Assembly (NCBI RefSeq): GCF_964204645.1
Contig: NC_134029.1
Span: 4,402,001-4,466,000 of the forward strand
Direction: 5' to 3'
DNA: 64,000 nt
Source: Tubulanus polymorphus
Lineage: Eukaryota; Animalia; Nemertea
The first letter of the stretch is position 1, and every line of letters starts with the position of its first letter. The notes under the pieces are model-generated. The model did no database searches, was not told the origin of the DNA, and was given only the letters and a program-made list of their open reading frames with translations. The translations under genes were made by a program, and so were the position numbers. Below are positions 49,257 through 63,700 of the stretch, piece by piece.

Positions 49257-52200
49257 AGTCTGGAAGATGGTTTTTTAAAGAAATAAACTGACACCGCGCA
49301 TGTTAAGTAAATAATACTCAGTAAAAGAAACAACCGTGAATAAGAACATGTTCAAGCGATCGATCGAATGAGCGGAACGCTTTCGTGATAGTTTGATTTA
49401 ATGGTTTAAGGTTTCAAAAGTGATTTCAGATTTCTGACGACGAACGCTCGCATACTCTACAACTCTCTTCTTTTCTCAGCTATCTCTCTCCGGGGAAGGT
49501 TGTTTCGATGATCGATCGGCTCTATCCGCGATTAAATCTAAATTAAGTTGTGTAAAATCTTAGTTGTTTAGCAGAAGATACGCACACAAGAACCGTGTCG
49601 ATAGATCGACGTTCCTCGATAAATTGTCATCCTTTCAGAAGAAATTAATGCTTGAACGAGTTGAACAAGAAACTGATTTTTCATCTACGCAAGAATTTTC
49701 AACGTCTGCCGAATGATGAAACTATATCATAAATTCCGAATAAACATGACAGATTGTCGCAGAAGTAATTTAAACTGGCAATAAAAATGCCCGATAGTTG
49801 CTTCCCATTTATTATTCATAAAAACACTAACTCATTCTGATGTACCTTAATTCGTTTCCATTCTCCTAGCCGTGGGAGACAACGATGATTGCACGAATTA
49901 TCACTCGCAGAAATCTAAATTTAGTATGCGAATAGTGAAGCAGTTTACGGAGGTAGTCCTGAATATTCATTTTAGAATTTAGAAATCAGAGAAAGAGAGA
50001 GAGAGAGAGCTAGAGAGAAGTCGCGGTGATATTAAGTGAAGACAGTCCTGTCGAAAGTGTTTCTGTAACACAAGACATTAATCGATTCGAAATGTCTGCT
50101 AATTCAGCTTAAAAAACATGTTGCCACGTTGTTCACGGATTTACCGTCGCAACTTCTCCTCGGCAAAAGTTGTATGGGCTGATATGGACATTAATTCCGC
50201 ATCATGACGATGTAGGTATAGGAGATCAATATTTCACGTTTCACGAACTCTTTATAACTCGGGGGGGGGGGGGGGGGGGTTTAGTTACAGCCAGACGACT
50301 TAAAAACGACTAAAAGCTCGCGATTGTTCGACAGTCTTCTGGCGACGATGTGGAAACAACGTCGGTGTTTCTACCATGAAAGTTTGTGACAGAAAACATA
50401 TTTTTCTTTCTCGTTTCTCGCGGAAAAAAAACCTGCCGGTGTACATTGACATTGATTATGATAGACCTAACTAAAAACTCAATTTCTTTCAGAGATGGAT
50501 AAGCGTTAAAATGGGATACTTTTTTTACATTCTATATAATACACGTATCGTATGACGTATATCAAGACGGTTTAATCAGAATTATTCATGTGTCTGATTG
50601 TTAATCGTAAAATTCTTAAGGTATCCGCACAGAACGAGGAGATACCGCGTGATAACCGATTGCTCCGTGATGCTGGATGGAAGATGCGCAAGATGAACGC
50701 TAACACCTGTTTCGTACGAAAAAATAGACTGCATTCCTGAACAAGATCCTCGGTTACTCTGTATAATTGATTATTTAAATACAGGCATAGTACTAACTTT
50801 AAAAATACCGTGTTTAACAACATTGAACTGGAGTTGACTTCGATGGCAAGTGTTGCAGGCGATATCATATCGAAAAAAGACAGTGCATTATGATATTGTA
50901 TATCGTGTTTATATATATTATTTACATATGAATTCTGTCGTAACTTTAAATATAAATGTTATTGATATATATATATATATATCTATTGCGTCTAAATAAA
51001 ACGTATATATATACATATATATATACTCCCCCACTTGAAAATCCAGTGACGGGTATAGATTCCAATCTAAACAATTAGTTGAATGTCCAGGGTGAAATCT
51101 GCAGCACTGGGATGTGAAGATCAAACATACTATCACGGTGCCTATGCCAATTATTTTATGTGAACAGTATTTTTATAAGTATTTGTATGTTGAAATAATA
51201 TAGAATGTCGTTTTAAACATAATATTAGCGCGGCATCTATCGGCATTACACACGACCTTTCCACTATCCCTGGCCCTATCGTGATCATGGGCGATTCTAG
51301 AGCAGCAAACTTAACTTCCACTCGTAGAAGGGTCACGACTAGCGTCTGCTCGTTGCCCGCTAATGATCAAGTCAGTGACCGTTCTTAATTAATGGTTAGT
51401 TTCAGAGGGAGCGGATATATCAGATCCATTATCATATTAGATAAAGGGGAACAAACCGGGTAGATGATGCAGAACATCCAATGTTTATGTAGACTAAAAA
51501 CTAAGGTTTCCAAGTATCATCTTCAATTCAGTTTTACTCAAGCAATACCACACATTTTACTATTGTTGAACCCTTAAATATTCTATGCATTGAGAGGGTT
51601 TCCTTTGCGATAAGATAACTGATTGCGGGGCATTAGCAATGGGAAAATATGCGGCACATCGATTCCATCAAAATTCTTAAATTTGGGATTGCATGTAACG
51701 TGTAGTAAGTAACCCAACTGACGGCAGCAGAATAAAACGAAACGCTTGCGCATCAACGATTAACATGACTTACATATATACTTGTTTTAGATAGCTATAA
51801 ACCGTTTCAAAGTTGTATCTACTGTTATTATACTTGGAAAAACTGACGTAGGCTAGTTAACAAGCTTCTCGGTAGATGTCGCTGTGTGTTGTTTTACATT
51901 TCCAACATTTACATACTTGTCGTGACGTCATTCCCATCGTGCACACTGGTTGGCTATTCGTGTACCGTTACTCACTGTAAAAAATCTTTAGAACTACAAA
52001 AGTTTCTCGTATATGAAAGAAGTTGGCGGTTTATTAGCCCTCTATCGAATATTGTATATTTATGATACATGTGTAAACAACTGTAACTGCTTCTGCTATC
52101 TTCTATTTATTGTAATAAACGACGCCAATTTTTGTACAAATACGAATGTGTTTATTTCTAGTGGTTTGGTGATTTTCCTGGAATCATGATGGGCTACTCT

Positions 52201-54796
52201 AGGCCGATTCATCTTCTCAAGTATGTTTTCAAGGGATTTCAAAGCTACCCAAGACTCAAACGATTCAAGACCAATCCAGGCTTGCTGCCAAAACCAGAGG
52301 ACCGGCCCCCCATGACGACCATAAACCAGTGACAAGTGGTGACATTGAAATTCATTAAAACTCGTCTATTGATGAAACGTCAACAAAATTAAACTCACAC
52401 GTCAACAGTAAAAACGTCTGGCAAAGTTCGTAGACAAAATATCGTCGGTAATTGATGAAAATATCTATCTTAGAGAAATCCCACCAATAATAAATTGAAC
52501 CCTACAAAGATCATAATTCAATGCTTCTCCCCTAAATTCAATGCTTTTTAAGACCTTGAAAATGATTTTTTCCGATTCAAAGTTATACGAAGATTTCAAG
52601 GATCGCGATGAACACTACACGAAGTACAGCACCACTAATGACTACTCCATGGCTGTGCCAGCGAAAGAGCAACATTCAGAAGAAAAGAACAACAAACATA
52701 TAATATATGAAATAAGAAGCTCACATTTATTGGAAATTCAACAGAGAAGACAGAGGTTTATCGATAAGAAATTATATCTTCATAGTTGAAATCAGCAATT
52801 AAATAATAAGCAAAATGAAATTTGTCTTTGAAATACGCAATAATTCAATCTTGGCTAAATACTAAAAGTTCTAATAATAAACGCAGTGGTTAAATAATCT
52901 GACAGTCTAATTTGTTCAAAGCTAATATCGAATCTAAGATTCAAAACACTTCGCAAGAATACATCTTTTTAACAAAATAAAATAAATTCATTCCTTTTCC
53001 TAATTTCTCATAGAATTATCACATTGATTAAGCAAAATCTCACACTAATTATTAAACTAGTTCTCAAGTTCTCGTACTACATATATACGATTACTGTGTA
53101 TAAAACTTGTATGAATTACATTCAATCAGGTAAATATCAGTTCATTTAATGAAATGTGAAGAAATTAAATACACGTTCATGTATTAGGTAAGTAAATAAC
53201 ATATTTAACGGAGGGGGAAGTTGCATGAAATAGAACGACCTCAAAAAAGAGTTAGTACATTTTGATTTTTTGTAATATATAATGCTACTATATCCTACGC
53301 TACATATCTTGGATTTAATCCGGATATCAGTGCTATTCGGAATGTAGCAGATCTCAATAGAAAGTATCACAATTTTACTAAATATCTCTTATTCGAAAAA
53401 TACATTTTACTTAAGATCAGAAAATTACCGTTTTGTTCTATGAAAAGGCACGAGATTTTTAGGATGATGGGAACGAAAACATAGAATGCTTGTCTTCTGA
53501 AAATGTTAGCACTTACGATACAGAATAACGGGTAATTAAAAACAGGTGCATATATGATTCCTTTATCAGGAAGTGACACAAATTAAATCTTACAGGTGGA
53601 ATTTCAAACATTTGGCCATTATACATAAAGTTGAGTAACAGAGTTGAAAATTAGATCTACGAATTGCTCGTAGATTAGATCAGTTTAGAAATAAGTACAA
53701 TAAAGAAATATATTAAAACAGTGTAAAAAATTACTCACTGAGTAATCAATATGCAGAACATGTTTAATTCAATAAGTACGGACTTCAATAAAATGTCACG
53801 GTTCACTCGTCATCAACCTTTACAATCATCTCTAAACATAAATACCAATAATCTATAAGCATTTTTCAATCCATTTCATAAAAGCACATTTCATTTAACA
53901 GCTACAACTAAATATTAGACCAGTAGCTCCGCAGGAATTTCTAAGATTTGCGTTTTAATTAAAGAAGCAGGGTTTGTAGCAATAAGGCTGAGGCAAAAGT
54001 AAGCACTTATAACAAGCAATTTGAAAGTCAAAAGTGAGCATTCTTTCCTGAACCCAGAGACCAGTTTCAAAGGATAGATCCTGGATTCGGGAAGAGTAGG
54101 TACTTTTTGGACGATCCAGCATCGTAGCAAAACAGAATTAGTTCATCCCAAAGAACTATCTTAAAAGTGAAAACAACAACACTCTCTAGTTTCAGATGAA
54201 TTTTTTTCTGAGCCTTTCTGGCAGTAACAAAGTGTTGTGTGGAAAGAAAATTCAGTCAGCAATTTGCTTGAAGTAAGGGCCTACGAGGTATACTATTTTT
54301 CTCAGTAAGTAAGCGGTTTTAAAAACCTACCGGAATGTCATCAGACTTGCTACAAACCCTCAGAGGTGGGTTTTTATCGAGTAAAGCTTAGAACAATACT
54401 TTAAAGACTTACAAATCAGTGATAGATAAACTGATGTTTTCTCAGTGTAGAACATGATGAGACGATGCGACAATTGACGTAATCGCTAAGTTTATCATTC
54501 TGACGGTTTACATATTAATCTAAATCTCATCTTCAGAGAAATAGTAAACCGAAGATCAGATTTTAAGATGAATCTCAAACGGTCAGGATAATTAACTTAA
54601 GATGATTCAGTCAAACTCGCTTAACTTGGATTCAGTTGAATACAGATTTCGGATCTACAGTCCACCGATGCAATGTACGTTAAACATGAGGTTTTCTTCG
54701 AATTTCTCATAAACCCGTTGGTCCCGCCCGAATGATCGTAAATAAACGCGATCATCAAACGCGGGATCGTTTTATGATAATGAATGCATCATGCGC

Positions 54797-57700
54797 CTAT
54801 TCGATAGACTTTAATATGTACATTGTACCGGGGCTATCGATCGTCACGAATCGTTTAAAGTCCGCACTCGATTTCACTTGTTTACAAAAACTACCGTGAA
54901 TATAAAACGTCTGCAGCAGTTTATGCGAATTCACGTCCCACCATCGCAGGTTGTCCGACACGGAGACCACCGTCTGGTCGTCCGGTGATATCTTCACGTC
55001 GGTCACCCATCCGTTGTGCAATCGCGGGAACTTGTTACACGCGGCGCCGTCTTCCGACCAGATTCGCACGAGACCCTCGTCGTCGCCGGACACGATGAAA
55101 CGACCGGCCGAACTGAACGCGCAGCTGCGCACACAGTCGTGGTGCGACGTCAGGGTGTTTAATAACGAGCCGTCCGCTACCGACCAAACCTGAAATACAA
55201 ATTACAAAACAAACATCATTATTGAGCTGCTCGCTTAACGTTTTGACTATCAGATCTCTTTAACCCGACAGGACTGGAGCCTTTTTCAGATATTCATGAC
55301 ATCGGTCAGATTGATGAACACTGAAATTTTCACATTTTTTAACACCATCACATTTGCCTTTTTTCACATTTTCTTCACAAAAAAATAACAGATCGAAAAT
55401 GAATTTTCTTAATTTTTAACACAGCTTGCGCATCAATTGTGATTTCCATGGTTTTTAGCATTAAAAAGGGATCAAAATAATTATAGACACATTTTAAAAA
55501 CTTTTTACACATTCTAAAATCTTTTTCACTACCGGTAATTTTGAAGCAGACATCAAATTTTTCACGTTTTTCAAATCAATCTAACCCCTGGATTTCTGGG
55601 AGTTGGGTCAATTGTAACGACTGCGCGCGCAACAAACTACAACTTCAATTACCTTTAGCGTTCTGTCAACGGAAGCCGACACCATTTTCGTTCCATCGGG
55701 AGAGACATCGGATGCCAAAACCCAGTCGTTTGAATGACCGGCTGTTTGAGCGAGCTCGTTCCCAGTTGCTACGTCCCAGACCTACAGAAACAGAGACAAC
55801 CAAATGAGAAATATCGTCGGGTTAGGCAGATGTTGGTCAGGTTAGCTAGATTTTCTAGTATTCTAAAAATTCAAGCTTAACGCTTTAGATGATATACAGC
55901 GTACCGAGAAGAGTACTGTTTCTGCTGTAAATGAAGTAGAGTATTGTTTTACCTTCATTGTAGAATCAAATGAGGACGACACGAGTTTCGTATTATTATC
56001 GAAGAAATGACAATGTCTCACATCAGCTTTGTGTCCGCTACATGTTACCATACATTCGCCATTCACATTCCATAACTGTGTTTGAACAAACATTGAACTA
56101 TCAGACATTAATTCAGCATCGAGATCGCGTCAAGACTATGAGCAGTTTAAAGGATCACAATCCGAAGTAATACATCTTCACAGTATTCATTTGATCAATC
56201 GATTTCTAGTACTTTGTATGTTAACTTGATTTTATTGAAATATGAATTCATGTTTATCGATTTATTTGACCGAAGTTTTACATGACTCCTCAACCACTAC
56301 TTCTCGTCATGTCTGGTATTTACTTGAATCAAGTCTCCATCTTAATTCAAGCAAATACTAGAATACAGGCAGAAGTGTTCCCCTCGAAATTTTAAAGCTA
56401 CAATATATACTATTTTTCTTATGATTGTAGATTTTATTTGATCAATTAGTTCAGCATCTTCACCATTAGGCAACGTCAGGTAAATCATAGGTTAAGGTAT
56501 TATTTCACAGTTCAAACTCAAGAACATACTACGACTATGACAGCCATACCTTAATGGTTGAATCGTCCGAACACGAAGCTAAAATCTGATCATCCGTCGA
56601 AAAACACAAATATCTAACGGTATTGCTGTGTCCACTGCAGACGTCTACTTTACCCAACTTCTTATCAACCATATGAGCTACCTTTAGATAAAAGGGTTCA
56701 TTAAAACACATTGTATAGCGTATAAACGTGTTTCATAAAGTGCCTTTTGTTAAGAACTTATGGGCCAGTGTTCGGTAAAGAGACTCTAGAGACATTTGGA
56801 ACTAATCTGGATGGTAATTGACAAATAAATTTGAGAGAACTTTAACAGAAATACACAAAACGATAGCAATACAATTGATTACCTTCACAATTCCACTTTC
56901 CTGACCGTAAGCGATGCGACTACAGTCACTTGTTATCGCGACTGATCTTATACGCGATGATTCTGCAGCTGTATTGAACAACATTTTTCCTTCTTCTCCC
57001 TCCAAAACCTAAAATATTGTGTTAAAATGTGATTCCATCTCAATCAAATTTTGGGCAACGGCAGCAGCAGTGATGATTGTCTCAACTCTTACCTGTATTC
57101 TGTTTTCTGTATCGACTGCTGCGATTATGATTTGATCCTGAGAAAAATTAACGTCGAAATCCTTTTTGAATGAAACGCATTTTTGTCCATTCGTCACCTC
57201 AGCATTCCATATCTGAAAGTGAAGTCGACTCGCAATCACTTAACAGCGGACTAACGAAAGATTCCCTTTTTGATGAATCTACAACTCCCACATTGAAATT
57301 TATCAGAGATGCCCAAAAAGAAAGAAATCATCAAATATTTTTTTTTGGGAGGGAATTCGACTATTTCAAGCCACTGGGCAATTTCTGGCAAAAGACGGTT
57401 CATTTGCATCTCTGATTCACTCTCCTTCTTATAGTACTCGCTGATGTAAGCTGCATCTTAAATGTTACGGTACTTACAGTAACAGTTTCATCGGAGCCTC
57501 CGGATACCAATTGTTTACAGTCAGGACTAAACGCGACGCATTCGACCCAACCACTGTTTCCTTTCAGTTCGATCATCGGTTTCTTCGTTACGAGATTAAA
57601 CAACTGAAATCAAACCCGACAACAGAAACAGCTAAATTCATTTTCAACTCATCCCTGGTGAATTTCAATACGAGATCATTTGGTGAGTTATCAATCTGTA

Positions 57701-60700
57701 TGGCTTGGAACCGACCTCAGATAATCACTATTGAAATTTTTAGTGTGAAGTCTGATCACCTTTTTGAAAGTGTGCCGATAAAATGCATCATTATCCGTAT
57801 CTGTAGTTCATTTTGGATAAAAAAATGTCTAAGGTAAAGTTTGGACGATAAAAATTTGGAAGAATCAGGCGATGAAATGTCTAAGGTGGTTGATCCAGGC
57901 ATTAGATTGCTAAGTTACCAGGTAGTCAGTTCAACTGACCTGTACGGCGAAGTTTGAAAGACCGGCTGCAAGAAGAATACCATCTTCAGCAATAGCCATC
58001 GACAATATCACAGTTTCTGCTTTAACGGTCATTACCGAGCTACAAATACCAGCAGATGGATCACAGATCTAAAAAACAAATACAATACTTATAGTTTATA
58101 TGTAGGGTTTTTAACGAATTGTACAAAGCTTAATATTCATGAAGCACATGCATATATCCGTGTGAGGGACACTTCTTTCCGTATATAACGCTTAAAATTA
58201 CGTACATGAAAGTTAACTAGTGTTTCTTTTTGTACATATTCTATGAAGGGCTGTATCATCGTTTGAAGTAAAAAAAAAATTTTATCTAAATTTCAATTTA
58301 ACTAGTTGTGTCAATTTCAAGAAATAAATTATAATTTGGTTATAAACTTTGGATGAATATCACACTTATACATAATTGTAGCCTTCATACTTTTGTTTTA
58401 AAAAATCTGAGATAATTCAAGGGAACTTAATCATCATTGTTCATTATTTATTATAATAATCATTGTTATTTTGAACAAATTTCAAATAAGTAAACTTACA
58501 TGTATTTCGTTGTCGCAACAGTAAGCTAGTTTGTGCGTGTTAGGAATGAACTTACAATCGGTTAACTGACTTCTATAAGGAGCCGATAAATAGACTTCTT
58601 CGCCGGAGTCCGTCTGCCATAGTTTAACCATACGATCGTAGCCACACGTCGCGAAGTAACGACCGCTCGACGAAAAATCGACGGCGCATATCAACGCGTC
58701 GTGCGCCGCCTCCAGACGCAACAATTCAGCGCCTGTTTCCATGGACAGCATGACGACGTCGCCGTTCTGACAACCGACCAGAACGCGTTTATCGTCGTGC
58801 GATATCGCGCACGTCTTCACCTCGGAATCAAGCGCGATCTCTTTCACGAGTAATCGCGACACGAGGTCCGAGCTCGAGTCGCTCGTCGAAAACGTCGGGT
58901 GCCATTTCGTATATTTCAACCGAGGCGTCGGAGTTTCGCCGTAGCCGTTCGGTTGAATCGGAGGACTAGGAGTCGCCAATAACGTCTCGGGAACTCGGAA
59001 TATTTTCACGGTTTTGTCGTCGGAGCAACTGATTATATGCGAGCTGTCATGGGAAAATCGACAACAGTTGATCGTTTCGTCGTGAGCTTCTAAAGACAGC
59101 AGTTCCTTCCCGGTGGCCCGGTCGAAAACCTGCGATTAAAAATAAAACAGTCAAAAACCAAAGAGATTGTATCAGATGTTAAATATCACACTGTTGTGGC
59201 AGACGCCAAAACCATAATCATAAGAACGGTATCAGGACAATTGCCCCCCCCCCCCCAAATTAAATCTTTTTAATCTTAAAGTACATGTAACACAGATATT
59301 TACTTCAAACTAATTAGACAAAGTTAACTAATTAATTCTAGCTAATTACTCTAGGACTGCTTTAAAGTTTTTGATTGGCTAAAGTAACACTAAAACTAAT
59401 TCCAATAAATTAGCCAACGTTAACTAATGCACTAATAAGTGGACTTATTAAGTTTTCTTAAATTTGGTAAGTGAATTATAATTACACAAGGACTGATTTA
59501 AAGTTTTTGATCTGCACACAACATCAGTAATTCTATATCTTATACATCTATATTCAAAAATATACAAATGAATTTCCAAGTAAAGTATATAGGCGGTGTT
59601 AATCCAAATCAAAAAGGATTTTATTCGGGGGGCAATTGTCCGGGGGGCAATTGTTCTAGAATCCATAAGAACAGCATGCAGGGTTCTTACAGATTCAAAA
59701 ATTCCCTGATATTTCCCCGATTCTCGACCAAAAATCGAATGTGCTGCTCATCGTATGAATGCTAATTTTAGCTTCTACTGTCAAAAAGCTACGTATGATC
59801 AATATTACTTTTCCACCAATGGAAATACGAACCTTGATGTCTTCTTCGCTCGATGATAATACGGCGTGGCTGTTGTACGAGAATTGCACACTTTTAACGG
59901 GACTGTTGTGTAACTTAGTGACTAGAAAAACTGGACTTTGTGCGAAATCGCGATTGCTACAAACAAACAATTTGAGAAATTGTTAAGTTAAATCGAGTGG
60001 AGATTTGTTCATTTTCAAAAAGTTAACTAAGGAGGAAACCAGTGCTTGGTTCAGATCTACAGAGTTCCCTGATTCTCAATTCAATGAAATTACAGTCCCA
60101 ATGCTACTGAGTTCCCTGTTCTCACCTCAGTGTGTCGCCAGTGGGACCCAACACTACTGAGTAGGGCATAGTTTACTCTAATTAATAAAGAATTTTACAT
60201 TAATATTTTGGCACTACCAATAACGAGGTATTGAGAGTATAAGGGATACTTACCACCAATCAAGATATAAATGCTCTGTGCATTTGTTCTGTTTCGCTAG
60301 ATTTAACGCTTGTTTATAAACGGCTGAACCCGACGGGGAGGATAATGCTAGCTGTATGATATCAGGTACTTCAGTCGCATAACGGTACGCGTTACTACTG
60401 ACGAAATGAGCGAATTCTTCTCTAACAATATCATACTGAAATATACAACATGGATCACTAGTAGCGAATTCAATTCGAATCAAATATCAAGAGCTGCCTA
60501 TGAATTTCGAAATCAGGGATGACTATAGAAATATAAGAATCCCACTACTTCATCAAAGGGGATGTATAAGACACATTGTTTCAGAAAGCCTATCATTGTC
60601 AATAATAGGGGCCTATTCAACTATAGAGGGGTCTCAAATATCACCCTTAACTGCCTCGTTAGACATGTGAAACCCTTCACAAACCCTTCATCAGCAACAT

Positions 60701-63700
60701 TCAGACATCCACAGGGAAAGAGCCCCTGGCTTTGTACTTCCTACTTATACCCCTGTGGTCTTGGACTTATTCCTGGCTAGGCAGGCAGGGCTTCTACCAA
60801 ACAACAATGACAGAAAGTCCAGAGAACCACATAGTTCTACATATTTGTTTCCTCTATAAATGTGAGGACAGGCAGTAAAATTCCTTTTCCTAATAAAATC
60901 GAGTTAACCTACTAAGTACTACCCCCATCTTCACATTTACTGAACCATGGAAGCTAAGGTTTAAAGAGAGATTGAAGCGTTACCCTAATGTCTAATAAAG
61001 CTCCGTATTTGATATAATCGTTAATCAAATCAGCAGCGCCGGTCACTTGTATTTTAGCGTCGATGTATTTCAGATCCAACAAGATCGACGGTAATTCACT
61101 CAGCAAATCGGCTTTCATCATGTGATAGCAGATAAACCAATGCATGTATCCATCGTTCGGCAATAGATGATATTCACCGCCACATTTCTGTTTGTATTTC
61201 ATCACCAGTTTTCGATGTAACGCCTACAAAATACAGACGAACAGAATTATAATCTACCTAGAGATAGTTCACAGCGTTACATAGTAAACACCGCACAGGG
61301 CCAAGTTCCACAGATTTTTGGGCCAAAATGACCCCTCCGAACATTTTCAGATTTATTGCCTTATCATAGTGTTCTGACTTAATTGTGGCCGTCACCAAAG
61401 TTGAGGATTAACAACATAGGCATAACTTTGACACCAAGTCCATGAAACCGGGCCCAGGGGATAATTGGGTTCGGGGGTCTGGGTCAAAGTTGATTGAAAA
61501 ATGAACTTATTTAGACCATGAACTAAACCTCTGCCAGGCGCCATTTGGTGTACGCCCGAATTAGTAAATACTGACCTGTAAATCAGTGCAAGCAGTCTTC
61601 AGATAGTCTAACTGTAGCCCGTGCACGGAGTAGATATACGTATCATTTTGTTTATCCCATTCTTTCGTAACTAGAGATTTTTTCACTAAACTGTCCATTC
61701 TATCCTCGACAAATTCCTTCTCTTCACTCCATAAAATACAAAACACCTGCAAATAAAGGAGATATTTAGATATCACCCGAAATGTCGTTTTAACTCAATG
61801 AAGTACCATTTTAACACGATTGATAAAACACTATATCCGCGTTGAAGCGATGTAGAGAGAATCCCACAATGATAATGAAAAAGTTCGAAAGTGTTACTTT
61901 GAGCTAGTAGTTTATTCAACGTTTTGACTATATCCTAATAGTCATCTTCAGGAATAATGATTTGATGATCAGGAATAATTGTTCCTGAAGATGAATATTA
62001 GGATATAGTCGAAACGTTGAATAAACTACCAGCTCAAAGTAACATTTTCGTTATCATCGTGGGATTCTCTCTACCATTTTTACAGTTAAAATTTGTTTCA
62101 TTATGATTACCATGGTCGGTACTCGATGATCGCTGTCAAACATCGCGAAGTCCTGATAGAACTCGCGTACGTCGTCGTACAGATTGTTTACACTGATTCC
62201 GATCGCTTCGTTGATCGTCGCGTATTTATACGATGATTCGCTCAGTATTCGTTGCGTTTTACGTCTGCGCAGAAGAGTTAGATAATACTGCCATCTATTG
62301 TCATGTTCTTCGAGCATCGAGCCGATAATCGATATCGCCAGCGGCATGCCTGTGGTAATTGAGAAAAATACTAGTTCAGATGTCCGAACAACCGGGGTAA
62401 TTAAGACTTCAAAATGCATTTTTTTCTCTACTTTTGCTGGTAGATTCACAAATACTGTAAAAGTACCATTTTTCAGTGGTGGATTTTGCCGAAAAAACTT
62501 CAGGGGCCAGTTGCACAGTCATGACTTAAGTCCAAAAGTGGTCTTAAATCTTAAGCCTGGTCTGAAGTTGTTAGATTGGCTATACAGAACAAAGTTGGGC
62601 TTAGACTGGTCTTAAGTCTAAGCCATGACTATGCAACTGGCCCCAGGGGCCAAGTCCAAAAGTGGCCATAAATCATAAGACTGGTGTTAAGTTGTTAAAT
62701 TGGCTATAGAAACAAGAATTAATACATGACTGCGCAACTGACCCTTGCTCGAGTAAAAATGAAATTTAACTTTCTGTATTCTTGACGAAAAAATTCCCCA
62801 TTTTTCAATTTACATTTGGGCTAAAGGTGAAAATGTTTAATAGAAAAAAAATCAGGAGAAATGCTGGGGCTGGACTGAATAAATTATGAAAGGTGAATTA
62901 ATGGGTCGATCAAACTGAATTAATAGAGGACATTTTCCTTTAAAATGAAAAGAAGAAAAACTCACCCTGACAGACATTGTAGATTTCTTCAGCTTCAGGT
63001 GGTAATTGACTAACAGGAATCTGCGTCCATTCGGATAAAATCTGCAGCGCTTGATCTTTATCCAAACCGCGATCGATGTGTATCTTATGCACGTGGCCAC
63101 CGACGCGTTTACACACGTCTTCATCCCGGGTCGTGACCATCACGCGTGCTTGAATATCGAACGCCTTCGCGACCTGCTGCGACCACACGTCGTCGAGAAC
63201 CAACAACGAATACGGATACTGCTGATGAATCGCGAGACGCAGACGATCTTTCGCCTCTTCGATGTTACGCGGCGGCGTAGCGCCGTGACCGCGATCGAGC
63301 ATCGCGCACAAATTCTGCATTTTCATCAACAACTTCGCGTTGTCGATTTTACCGATCGACACCCAGAACACGCCGCCGGGAAACTGCGACAAGATGGTCG
63401 CGTCGCGTACCGAGTCGGCGGCTAGAACCGACTTACCGGAGCCGCCCATTCCGTGCACGACGACCCACCCGCCGGAGTCGTCGACTATTTCCGATAAACC
63501 GGCGTGTATACGTCGGATGTAATCGGGACGTGACGCGAACACGTTCGGACGAGGCGGCACCCCACCGGCGATCAGAATCGACTGGACTTGACCGACGCTG
63601 AAATGCCGTTTGCGCGTCGGGTTGGATTTTCGTCGCATCAACCCATCGGCGAGGTGTTCGTATTCGGCTTCAGTTAAAGCATCTACGAACGCATCGAATG

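Noticed and set aside
54642-54663. Partial miR-10-like sequence (ctgtagatccgaa) on the minus strand in the Apaf-1 3' UTR
   Set aside because: The seed region differs and no precursor hairpin is evident.
60055-60165. Three actgagt(tccctg) units at ~50-bp spacing, superficially CRISPR-like
   Set aside because: It is a degenerate tandem repeat in a eukaryotic intron with related spacers and no cas genes.
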